Source: Solirubrobacteraceae bacterium
GTDB taxonomy: Bacteria > Actinomycetota > Thermoleophilia > Solirubrobacterales > Solirubrobacteraceae
Reading direction: 5' to 3'
Assembly (NCBI GenBank): GCA_025449845.1
Contig: JANWIP010000002.1
Coordinates: 21,868-85,867 of the forward strand
Length of the DNA: 64,000 nucleotides
This document shows, piece after piece, positions 26,271-34,108 of the stretch. Position 1 is the stretch's first letter, and every line of letters begins with the position of its first letter. A model generated the notes under the pieces. That model was not told where the DNA came from. It was given only the letters and a program-made list of their open reading frames with translations, and did no database searches. A program made the position numbers and the translations under genes.

Positions 26271-26443
26271 GACTACATGAACTCCCCCATGTTCGGTACT
26301 GCCCCATGCTCAGACGCCAGCCCGTGGGCAGGCGCCAGATCGAAGTCAAGCTATGAGATCGGCCGTTAGAGCCGAAGCCCTACGTGGCAACGGCGAGTAG
26401 TGGACGAAAAGGCCAGGAGCAGCCGGATCGATAGGCGACAGAT

Positions 26444-26484
26444 AGATCGGGGGGCGGTCCCCAGGGCGGGCCGCCCCCCGATCT
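26444..26484. other. perfect 14-bp-arm GC-rich inverted repeat (AGATCGGGGGGCGG-N13-CCGCCCCCCGATCT)
   Basis: Read directly. It lies 175 bp upstream of the sigma-fusion start, in a 630-bp non-coding gap. There is no U-tract on either strand. Confidence 0.7.
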
Positions 26485-26900
26485 TGCCCTGCGCTACCCC
26501 GGGACGGTGGAGCGCAAATTGCCCTCGGGATGACGGGGGACGCGATCTGTGGGGATGACGTCCACGGTCCCGGGAGCGGGGCTACGCCACCCGGTGGCGG
26601 GCTGCTGGCCTGGTGTGGCCTTGCAGATCACCGCCTCCGGTGTGTAACGCAGTTCTGTGCGGTGCTGTGGTGTGGCTTTGGAAAGGCCTCTCAATGTGTT
26701 CTGACAATCGTTAAGACACCGTTCGGCGGCAGAACTTCACGCGCGTTTGGAAAAACTTTCTGCACAAGGAGAGCGGAGGTCCGCGGGAGACCGCCGCGAC
26801 GCTCGGGCACGACCGCATCAATCGCGCGGCGCGAGGGTTAGAAAAGACGGTCGGACGGTTACGTCGACCGCTTCATATACCCGCAAGAGGAGAGGCACAG

Positions 26901-28310
26901 ATGCGTTCCCACAAGATGGCCCTGGCCATCGCGGTTGCGATGGCACTGCTCACGCTCGCCCCGACCGCCGATGCGAGGCCCGCACGGCGCATCTTCTTCC
27001 CCGGCCGCTGCCGGGTCAACATCCACGTCGCGCCGCGCCAGATAACGGCGGGCGATCCAGTGACGATTTTCGGGCGCCTGGCCTGTCAGCGCCACCGTGG
27101 CGAAGCAGGCCAGGTAGTGAAGCTCTACCACCAGGTGGCAAACTCATTTGGTTACAGCTATGTGCAGAGCACGAGGACCGACGCGCAGGGCTTCTACGAG
27201 TTCACGCGTGCGGATGGCGTTGTGCTCAGCAACCGCTCGTGGTTCGTTGCCGCGCGCGCAACCCACAGCGAGGCCCGGCGGATCAGAGTTGCCGCGCAGG
27301 TCGCGCTGAGCGGCCCTGCGGAAGGCACGCAGCTGCTGACGGGCCATCCCAATGCGGTGACATTCACAGGCACCGTCAGCCCGGTGGACGTAGGCGCGCG
27401 CGTGATATTGCAGCGCCAGGACGCGGCGACGGGCTCGGAATGGCGTCGCATCGACCGCGGCTTCGTGCAGCCGGGCGGGACGTTCTCCATCCCGCACACC
27501 TTCATCGTCCCCGGCGACGCGAACATTCGCGTGCTGGTGCGCAGCGAGGGTCGCAACATTCCCAGCGCCTCCAACCTGCTGGAGTACGAGATCTCTCAGG
27601 CCCAGAACCCGGCGCTAACGATCACGGCCTCAGCCGACCCGATCCAGTTCGGCCAGTCGGTGACGATCTCGGGAACTGTCGGGGGAGGCGCCAACCTGCC
27701 GGTGGAGCTGCTGGCCCGCACGCGGCTGCAGAATCGCCTGGCGCCGATTGCAACGGTCACAGCAGACGCAAACGGCAACTACTCCTTCCCCCCACAGGCG
27801 CCCGTGAACAGCACCTTCTACGCGGTCAAGGCGCCAAACTCATCGTGCGAAGGCACGCCGGGCGTGAGGGCATGCAGGAGGGGGCTAACATCAGCCATTC
27901 TCTACGAGGGCGTGCGCGACGTACTCAGCGCGCAGGTCTCGGCAACCACCGTGCAGGCTGGCAGCCAGCTGACCTTCACGGGCACCGTAGCCCCCAGCCA
28001 TCCTGGCCACATCATCTATCTGCAGCGCCAGAATGCGCATGACAGCGGCTTCCATGTAGTCGAGGTGGCATTGGTCAACCCCGACTCGACCTACTCGATA
28101 GCGCACAGGGTCTATGACCCGGGCACGAAGGTATTCCGCGTCTACATCCCGGGCGGCCCGGAGAACCAGGGCACGGCCAGCCAGCCGTTCACGATCCAGG
28201 TCACTCCCGCTCCCGCCGCGGCGCTCATGCCCGAAGCCCCCGGCAATACCTCACTCCCCTCCGAAGGCTCGGAAAGCTCCGGAGAAGGCGGTGAACGCCA
28301 GGGGCGGTAA
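26901..28310 (+). CDS. secreted protein made of about four Ig-like (carboxypeptidase-regulatory-like) beta-sandwich repeats
   Basis: Signal peptide MALAIAVAMALLTLAPTADA with an AGAGGAGAGG RBS. The module recurs as ..GDPVTIFGRL..VKLY.. / ..VTFTGTVSP..VILQRQ.. / ..VTISGTV..VELLAR.. / ..LTFTGTVAP..IYLQRQ.. Confidence 0.7.
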   Translation: MRSHKMALAIAVAMALLTLAPTADARPARRIFFPGRCRVNIHVAPRQITAGDPVTIFGRLACQRHRGEAGQVVKLYHQVANSFGYSYVQSTRTDAQGFYEFTRADGVVLSNRSWFVAARATHSEARRIRVAAQVALSGPAEGTQLLTGHPNAVTFTGTVSPVDVGARVILQRQDAATGSEWRRIDRGFVQPGGTFSIPHTFIVPGDANIRVLVRSEGRNIPSASNLLEYEISQAQNPALTITASADPIQFGQSVTISGTVGGGANLPVELLARTRLQNRLAPIATVTADANGNYSFPPQAPVNSTFYAVKAPNSSCEGTPGVRACRRGLTSAILYEGVRDVLSAQVSATTVQAGSQLTFTGTVAPSHPGHIIYLQRQNAHDSGFHVVEVALVNPDSTYSIAHRVYDPGTKVFRVYIPGGPENQGTASQPFTIQVTPAPAAALMPEAPGNTSLPSEGSESSGEGGERQGR

Positions 28311-28323
28311 CGAACGCCAGGAC

Positions 28324-29004
28324 CTAAAGCGCCACCGCCCGCGTCTGCAGGTGAGCGCCGACCTTGCGCTTGACACGCTGAAGAGCGTTGTCCACCGTTT
28401 TGGTGTCGCAAGCGAGGCGCTCACCGACCTGCTCATAAGAGTTGCCGTCGAGGTAGAGGGTGAGCACGCGGCTCTCAAGCTCAGAGAGCGCCGTTGAGAG
28501 GCAGCCGACGAGCGAGCGCAGCTCCTCGGAGGAGATCACCTGGTTGACGGGGTCGTGGATCGGCGACCCCGGGATGACCTGGTCGAGAGTCGGGACGTCC
28601 TCGCCGGCCGAGGCAGGCGTAGAGGAGAAGGAGACGTACTGGTTCAGAGGCGTGTGCTTGTTGCGAGTGGCGGTCTTCACGGCGGTGATGATTTGCCGCG
28701 TGATGCAGAGCTCGGCGAAGTTGCGAAAGCTCGACTCACGATCGGAGCGAAAGTCACGGATGGCCTTATAGAGGCCCACGAGCCCCTCTTGGATGAGATC
28801 GTCGGAGTCGCCTCCGGCCAGGAAGTAAGAAGAAGCCTTCAAACGCACGAAGCCGTAGTAGCGGCGTACGAGACGGTCATAGGCGTTGCGGTCGCCCTGC
28901 TTGGCCAAAGCAATCAGGAAACCATCTTCGACCTTGACCTCAGACTGAGGGTTACTGGAGATACGTGCCACGAGCAGTCCTTTCTCGGCTGCAAAGCAGC
29001 CCAA
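28324..29004 (-). CDS. sigma-70 family sigma factor resembling Bacillus SigH
   Basis: DLIQEGLVGLYKAIRDFRSDRESSFRNFAELCITRQIITAVKTATR and the C-terminal LSELESRVLTLYLDGNSYEQVGERL..KTVDNALQRVKRK resemble SigH. Its position after cysS-rlmB is as in Bacillus. The GTG at 28971 (AAGGA RBS) is an alternative start. Confidence 0.8.
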   Translation of the reverse strand: MGCFAAEKGLLVARISSNPQSEVKVEDGFLIALAKQGDRNAYDRLVRRYYGFVRLKASSYFLAGGDSDDLIQEGLVGLYKAIRDFRSDRESSFRNFAELCITRQIITAVKTATRNKHTPLNQYVSFSSTPASAGEDVPTLDQVIPGSPIHDPVNQVISSEELRSLVGCLSTALSELESRVLTLYLDGNSYEQVGERLACDTKTVDNALQRVKRKVGAHLQTRAVAL

Positions 29005-29179
29005 ATTGCTCAGTGGCGCACTCCTCCCCTGGCGCCAACAGCTATTAGAAACCTAGCCTCAGGGTGACTGGAAGTGGAGGGGCCCGGCTCGCCGGTCTCA
29101 CGACCGACTGCGCCACCCTCCTGTCAACCTGAGGTTCAGCGTTATGTGAGGCGCCACTCTACACAGTTATGGAGCCTTG

Positions 29180-29884
29180 TCAAGACCTCGCGGAGCGATT
29201 CTGCAATATCTCGTACAAGACGGCCGCGGCAGCGGCGCTGACGCCGAGCGATTCGATGCGTCCTCGCAAGGGCAGCGATATGAGCGCATCGCAAGAAGCA
29301 GCCACGCGCGGCCGCAGGCCTTGCCCCTCGCTGCCAAGCACCAGCACGACGCCCCCGCGGTAGTCAGGCTGCTCGTAAGTCATTGTGGCGCCCTCAGCGC
29401 TCGCCCCATAGCACCAACATTGCGCCGCGCGGGCCTGGGCGAGGAAGTCGGCGACATTGCGAACGCGCGCGACGCGCAGATGCTCGACGGCTCCTGCGGA
29501 GGCTTTGCACACCGCAGGCGTGACCTCAGCGGCGCGGCGCTCGGGTATCACCACGCCGCTGGCGCCGACGCACTCGGCGGTACGACAGATCGATCCGAGG
29601 TTCTGCGGGTCCTGCACCTGGTCGAGTGCCACCACCAGCGGCTCCTCTCCGCTGAGCAGTTCCTCGGCGGAAACGTAGGGGTAGGAGCCGGCATCAGCGC
29701 AGATCCCCTGATGGGCGCCCGAGCCACAACGACGCTCCAGCTCCTCGGCCTGCACCACCCGCACCCGCACATCCTTCAGCCAGGGCTCGCGCGCAGCGCC
29801 CTGCGTCGCCCAGACCTCTCCCACTGCGTGCGCGCGGCGTCCGCGCAGCGCCTCATGGACGGGGTTACGGCCGTAGAGGATCAC
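29180..29884 (-). CDS. rlmB: 23S rRNA (guanosine-2'-O)-methyltransferase, TrmH/SpoU family
   Basis: SpoU motifs (LDQVQDPQNLGSICRTA, LVLGSEGQGL, ISLPLRGRIESLGVSAAAAAVLYE). 4-nt overlap with cysS. Confidence 0.85.
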   Translation of the reverse strand: MILYGRNPVHEALRGRRAHAVGEVWATQGAAREPWLKDVRVRVVQAEELERRCGSGAHQGICADAGSYPYVSAEELLSGEEPLVVALDQVQDPQNLGSICRTAECVGASGVVIPERRAAEVTPAVCKASAGAVEHLRVARVRNVADFLAQARAAQCWCYGASAEGATMTYEQPDYRGGVVLVLGSEGQGLRPRVAASCDALISLPLRGRIESLGVSAAAAAVLYEILQNRSARS

Positions 29885-31275
29885 AGCGGTAGCAGTTCAA
29901 AGCCGGCCGCGCCGTCGCGGACCTCCCAGCCGAGCGCAGCGATCTCATCACGCAAGCGATCGGCGGTGGCGAAGTCGCGCTGCTCGCGCGCATGGTCACG
30001 CTGCGCCGCCAGTTCGCGTACCTGCTCCGGAGCGTCGGCTACCGGAGCCAGTAGCGACTCGAGACCGAGGACACCGAGCATTTCGCGCAGATGCGAGTCG
30101 CCTGTACCAAGGTGCTGGTCGCCTGTAACCAGGTGCGAGTCGCCTGGAGCATTTCCGCCGGCCAAAGCGATGGCCTCGCGCAGCCACTCATTGAGCACGG
30201 CCAGCGCCTCAGCGGTATTGAAGTCACGGGCAAGAACAGCGAAGAAGCGATCGCGCACCCCGTCGAGAGCAGCGGGGGAATCGCCCTCGGTCAACCTGCG
30301 TGCAGCCTCGCGGATGCGGCCCACATTCGCACGCGCCTGCTCCAGAGCAGCCTCGGAGAAGGCCAGTGGCTGGCGATAGTGCCCGCCGATGAGGTACATC
30401 ACGACGGACTCGGCACCGTAGCCCTCGATGACCTCGTGCAGCAGAGCGATGTTGCCGACCGACTTGGCCATCTTCTCGCCGGTGGACTGAATCATGCCGT
30501 TGTGCACCCACAGCCCCGCCAGTTCGTGCCCGCGCGCGGCGCGGGTCTGGGCTGCCTCGTTCTCATGGTGGGGAAAGACGAGATCCGAGCCGCCACCGTG
30601 GACGTCAAAGCCAACGCCAAGCAGGCTCTCGGCCATCGCCGAGCACTCGATGTGCCAGCCGGGTCGGCCCGGCCCCCAAGGCGACTCCCAGAAAGTGTCC
30701 TCTCCCTGCTTGTGCGCCTTCCAGAGGGCGAAGTCCAGCGGGTCCTGCTTGCGGTCAGAGCCCTCGACGCCCTCACCCTGGTCCATGTCCTCGATGCGAC
30801 GATGCGAGAGGGAGCCATAGCCATCGTCAGAGCGCACGCGAAAGAACACATCGCCCCCGCTCTCGTAGGCGTGCTCCTTGTCGATGAGCGTCTGGATGTA
30901 GTCGATGATCGGCCCCATCGTCTCCGCCGCGAGCGGCTCGTGGTCGGGCCGGCCGAGGCCTAGGGCGCCTGTGTCGGAGAAGTAGGCATCGGTCATCTCG
31001 CGCGCCAACTGCTCGCTAGCCACGCCGGCGTTGCGCGCGGCGACGTAGATCTTGTCATTGACGTCGGTGACGTTCACCACCAGTGTCACCTGATAGCCCT
31101 CGTGCTCCAGAAAGCGCTTCATCAGGCTGAAGATCACAAACGGGCGGGCGTTACCGATGTGGATGCGGCTGTAGACCGTAGGCCCGCAGGCGTAGATGCC
31201 GACCCGCCCGGGGTCGCGGGGCTTCAGCGGCAACAGCCCGCCCGAGCGGGTGTCGTGCAGACGAATCTCGCGCAT
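29881..31275 (-). CDS. cysS: cysteine--tRNA ligase
   Basis: HIGH (CGPTVYSRIHIGNAR) and KMSKS (KMAKSVGN) motifs. ATG at 31275. The 586-aa extension overlapping ispF was rejected. Confidence 0.93.
   Translation of the reverse strand: MREIRLHDTRSGGLLPLKPRDPGRVGIYACGPTVYSRIHIGNARPFVIFSLMKRFLEHEGYQVTLVVNVTDVNDKIYVAARNAGVASEQLAREMTDAYFSDTGALGLGRPDHEPLAAETMGPIIDYIQTLIDKEHAYESGGDVFFRVRSDDGYGSLSHRRIEDMDQGEGVEGSDRKQDPLDFALWKAHKQGEDTFWESPWGPGRPGWHIECSAMAESLLGVGFDVHGGGSDLVFPHHENEAAQTRAARGHELAGLWVHNGMIQSTGEKMAKSVGNIALLHEVIEGYGAESVVMYLIGGHYRQPLAFSEAALEQARANVGRIREAARRLTEGDSPAALDGVRDRFFAVLARDFNTAEALAVLNEWLREAIALAGGNAPGDSHLVTGDQHLGTGDSHLREMLGVLGLESLLAPVADAPEQVRELAAQRDHAREQRDFATADRLRDEIAALGWEVRDGAAGFELLPL
30088..30150 (-). 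repeat. 3 x 21-bp in-frame repeat inside cysS encoding GDSHLVT-GDQHLGT-GDSHL
   Basis: Plus-strand copies at 30088-30108, 30109-30129 and 30130-30150. Confidence 0.9.
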
Positions 31276-31303
31276 CGCGCGCACCCTATAGCTAAGCGAG
31301 CGC

Positions 31304-31780
31304 TCAGCGACTGCGCAAGCTGGCGGTGGCAAGCGCGGCGACGCCCTCGCCGCGACCGATGAAGCCCATGCCCTCGCCGGTGGTGGCCTTGATGTTGACG
31401 CGGGCGGGCGCAAGACCCAGCGCCCGGGCGAGTGCCTCACGGATCGCCTGCTTGTGCGGAGCGAGCTTGGGCCGCTCCATGATGACGGTGCAGTCCACGT
31501 TGACGATCTCAAGCCCGGCAGCGATGACAGTGGTGACAACCGTCTCCAGCAAGGCCAGCGAATCGGCGTCTCGGTAGCGCTCATCGGTGTCGGGGAAGTG
31601 CTCGCCGATGTCTCCGAGCCCGGCTCCGCCGAGCAGGGCATCGATCAAGGCGTGGATCAACACATCGGCGTCGGAGTGCCCATCCAGACCGCGCTCGTAG
31701 GGAATCTCCACGCCACCCAGGATGAGCTTGCGCCCAGGGACAAAGCGATGGCAGTCATAGCCAATGCCGGCGAGGCTCAC
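31304..31780 (-). CDS. ispF: 2-C-methyl-D-erythritol 2,4-cyclodiphosphate synthase
   Basis: [21 protein letters not shown] and the overall length (158 aa). GTG start at 31780. Confidence 0.93.
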   Translation of the reverse strand: MSLAGIGYDCHRFVPGRKLILGGVEIPYERGLDGHSDADVLIHALIDALLGGAGLGDIGEHFPDTDERYRDADSLALLETVVTTVIAAGLEIVNVDCTVIMERPKLAPHKQAIREALARALGLAPARVNIKATTGEGMGFIGRGEGVAALATASLRSR

Positions 31781-31880
31781 AGCACACCAGCCCCGCTCAC
31801 AGCATCAGCCCTGCTCACATCAGCCCTGCTCACAGCATCCCTGCTCACAGCACCAGCCCCACTCACAGCACACCAGCCCC
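31777..31880 (-). repeat. 6-copy 15-20-bp tandem array (..GGGCTGRTGCTGTGAGC..) spanning the PHP-gene stop to the ispF GTG start
   Basis: Minus-strand GTGA motifs begin at 31866, 31848, 31833, 31818, 31800 and 31780, with spacings 18, 15, 15, 18 and 20. The first contains the PHP TGA. The last contains the ispF GTG. Confidence 0.9.
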
Positions 31881-32702
31881 AATCGGCTCCGAGCGCCGCT
31901 GACGATGCTCGAAGACGCATAGCTCCCCCACCCCGAGGCTCGCCAAGAGCTCGAGCGCCTGCTCGTAGTCGGCGCCGATGTCCTCGGGGCGGTGGGCGTC
32001 ACTGGAGAGCGCCACGGGGCAGCCGGCTTCCAGGCACATCTCAAGCAAGGCGGGTGCAGGGTAGATCTCCTGCGCGCGCTTGCGCAAGCCGGCAGTGGAG
32101 ACCTCGATGGCGATGCCCGACTCGGCGATGCCATCCATCGCAAGCTCGTAGTAGCGACGCAGATCGCCTTCGGGCAAGGGCCGCTCAACACCCCAAACCT
32201 TCACGAGGTCGGGGTGGGCGAGGATGTCGAACAGGCCCGAGCGCGCAGCCTCCCCCAGCGTCTGGAAGTAGCGCCGCCAGATGTCCTCGGCGCCGCGTGT
32301 CGATGCCCACACGCTCCAGTCCTCCATGTCCAGAGATTGATCGCGGAGAAAGTGAACGGAGCCCACGACATAGTCGAAGTCGCGGGACTGGAGCAGATTC
32401 GCGGTGCGATCCTCGGCGCCCCGCACGAAGTCGGCCTCGATGCCCAGCCGCAGATCGGTGTCCTCCCGCACGAAGCGGCAGTAGTCATCGAGATCGTCAT
32501 GTGCATATTCACGCCACAGGGGATGCTGCCACACCTCTAAGGCCTGGCGGAAGCGATAGATGTGCTCGGACACCCCCAGCTCTCCGATCTCCCGTTTCTC
32601 CGCGGCTTCGCGATAGCGCTCGGCGTTGGCAGCGGTGAAGTGCTCATCCGCGGTGGCGGCGAGGTCATCGGGGCGCAGATGCGTGTGGTAATCGGTGAGC
32701 AT
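31863..32702 (-). CDS. PHP-family histidinol-phosphatase-like protein
   Basis: The N-terminal MLTDYHTHL plus later SVHF, ILAHPD and LSSDAH motifs are characteristic of HisJ/HisK-type PHP phosphatases. Confidence 0.8.
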   Translation of the reverse strand: MLTDYHTHLRPDDLAATADEHFTAANAERYREAAEKREIGELGVSEHIYRFRQALEVWQHPLWREYAHDDLDDYCRFVREDTDLRLGIEADFVRGAEDRTANLLQSRDFDYVVGSVHFLRDQSLDMEDWSVWASTRGAEDIWRRYFQTLGEAARSGLFDILAHPDLVKVWGVERPLPEGDLRRYYELAMDGIAESGIAIEVSTAGLRKRAQEIYPAPALLEMCLEAGCPVALSSDAHRPEDIGADYEQALELLASLGVGELCVFEHRQRRSEPIGAGVL

Positions 32703-32721
32703 TGGTTCTCGGGGAGCCGAT

Positions 32722-33477
32722 TCAAGCAGGCGGAGCCGCCGGCTGGCCGGCGCGCTGGGCGATCAGCATTTCAGCAAGCGCAAGATCGAGCGGGGTTGTC
32801 ACTTTGAGATTCTCACGCGGAGCCGGCACGACTACGACGATCCCGCCAGCACGCTCGATCAGCCAAGCGTCGTCAGTGGCTTGGGCAAGCACATCATCGG
32901 GAACGTCAAGTGCCCGCTCCAGCGCGCCGCGGCGGAAGACCTGCGGCGTCTGCACGGCCCACAGGCTTGAGCGCTCAAGCGTCTCGGTGACCACGCGATC
33001 GGCGCCGGCACGCTTGACCGTGTCCGTGACGGGGGCCGCCGCAATAGCGCCATCGACGCCATCGCGGGAAGCAGCCGCAAGTGTGTCCTCGATCAACGCC
33101 GCGCTGAGCAGCGGCCGCGCGGCATCATGAACCAGCACCAGGTCCGAGTCCTCTCCATCGACAACGGCAAGCGCCAGGCGCACCGACTCCGAGCGCACCG
33201 CCCCACCCTCGGCGACGATCACTTTGCCCGCATCTACATCCACGCCCGCATCGATATCCACGCCCGCAGCGGCACCGCTACCTACGCCAAGCGCCACCTG
33301 CTCTTCATCGACCCCAGGCGGCAGCGCCACAACGATGCGCTCGATCGCACCCACGCCGCGCAGCGCGTCAAGGCTCCACTGAAGCAGCGGCCTACCCGCC
33401 AACTCGACGAGCGCCTTGGGACGCGTAGCCCCCAGGCGCTCGCCGCGTCCGGCGGCGAGAATCAGCGCAACAGCCAA
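32722..33477 (-). CDS. ispD: 2-C-methyl-D-erythritol 4-phosphate cytidylyltransferase
   Basis: ILAAGRGERLG..PKALVELAGRPLL, VLVHDAARP and VQTPQVF motifs. Confidence 0.9.
   Translation of the reverse strand: MAVALILAAGRGERLGATRPKALVELAGRPLLQWSLDALRGVGAIERIVVALPPGVDEEQVALGVGSGAAAGVDIDAGVDVDAGKVIVAEGGAVRSESVRLALAVVDGEDSDLVLVHDAARPLLSAALIEDTLAAASRDGVDGAIAAAPVTDTVKRAGADRVVTETLERSSLWAVQTPQVFRRGALERALDVPDDVLAQATDDAWLIERAGGIVVVVPAPRENLKVTTPLDLALAEMLIAQRAGQPAAPPA
33227..33280 (-). repeat. 18-bp in-frame repeat (2 good copies plus 1 degenerate) inside ispD encoding GVDIDA-GVDVDA
   Basis: Plus-strand CCCGCATCTACATCCACG at 33227-33244 and CCCGCATCGATATCCACG at 33245-33262, with a degenerate copy to 33280. 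Confidence 0.85.
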
Positions 33478-33486
33478 GCCGCTTGA

Positions 33487-34065
33487 CTACTTGGCAGCGA
33501 CAGCCATCTGGCCGGCAGCTGATGTGGCGAGCAGCTCATCCAGGTAGCTCTCGGCCTCCTCCTCATCCTTGTCGAGCGCATACATAAGCTCGGAGGCGAG
33601 GATCTTCTTGGCGCGGGTGTACATCTGCTTCTCTCCGGTGGACAGCCCCTTCTCGCTCTCGCGCAGCGAGAGGTTGCGCACGACCTCGGCGAGCTCATAG
33701 ATGTCGCCCGTCTTGATCTTGTCGCGGTTGTGCTTGAAGCGCCGGTTCCAGTTCTTGGGCATCTCCGATACGTCGGCGCGGAGCACATCCAAGACCTTCT
33801 TGACGGTTTCTTCGTCGATCACACGACGCAGTCCCGCAATCGCGGCATTTTCGGTGGGGACCTTGACGGTCATGTCGTTGTGGAGGATCTTGATCGTGAG
33901 GTACTCACGGCATTCGCCGAGCACCTCCATGTCCTCCTTCTTGAGCACCTTGCCGGCGCCGTGATGGGGGTAAACGACATGGTCGCCCAACTCGAACTCG
34001 ATGTATTCAACCTCGCGGGTGGTCTCGAGCTCAACGATCAGCTCATCTTCGATTGTCTGGGGAAT
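33487..34065 (-). CDS. carD: CarD-family transcriptional regulator; start codon unresolved (ATT 34065 proposed, TTG 33990 is the first canonical start)
   Basis: FELGDHVVYPHHGAGKV..EYLTIKI.. is the CarD N-terminal Tudor-like motif. See the finding on start codons. Confidence 0.85.
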   Translation of the reverse strand: MPQTIEDELIVELETTREVEYIEFELGDHVVYPHHGAGKVLKKEDMEVLGECREYLTIKILHNDMTVKVPTENAAIAGLRRVIDEETVKKVLDVLRADVSEMPKNWNRRFKHNRDKIKTGDIYELAEVVRNLSLRESEKGLSTGEKQMYTRAKKILASELMYALDKDEEEAESYLDELLATSAAGQMAVAAK

Positions 34066-34108
34066 GGTGTCCTCCTTGGTTGGCGGCCGGCCGGGGGGCG
34101 GCCATGAT

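Noticed and set aside
26494-26841. Overlapping 66-aa (minus) and 103-aa (plus) ORFs in the long intergenic region
   Set aside because: Both have Cys/Arg/Gly-rich, non-protein-like sequences with no RBS. They overlap each other on opposite strands. The region more likely holds regulatory DNA or an untranslated RNA.
31276-31641. N-terminal extension of cysS to 586 aa
   Set aside because: The extension overlaps ispF in another frame and is Pro/Ser/Arg-rich. The canonical CysS N-terminus (MREIRLHDT..GIYACGPTVY) starts at ATG 31275.
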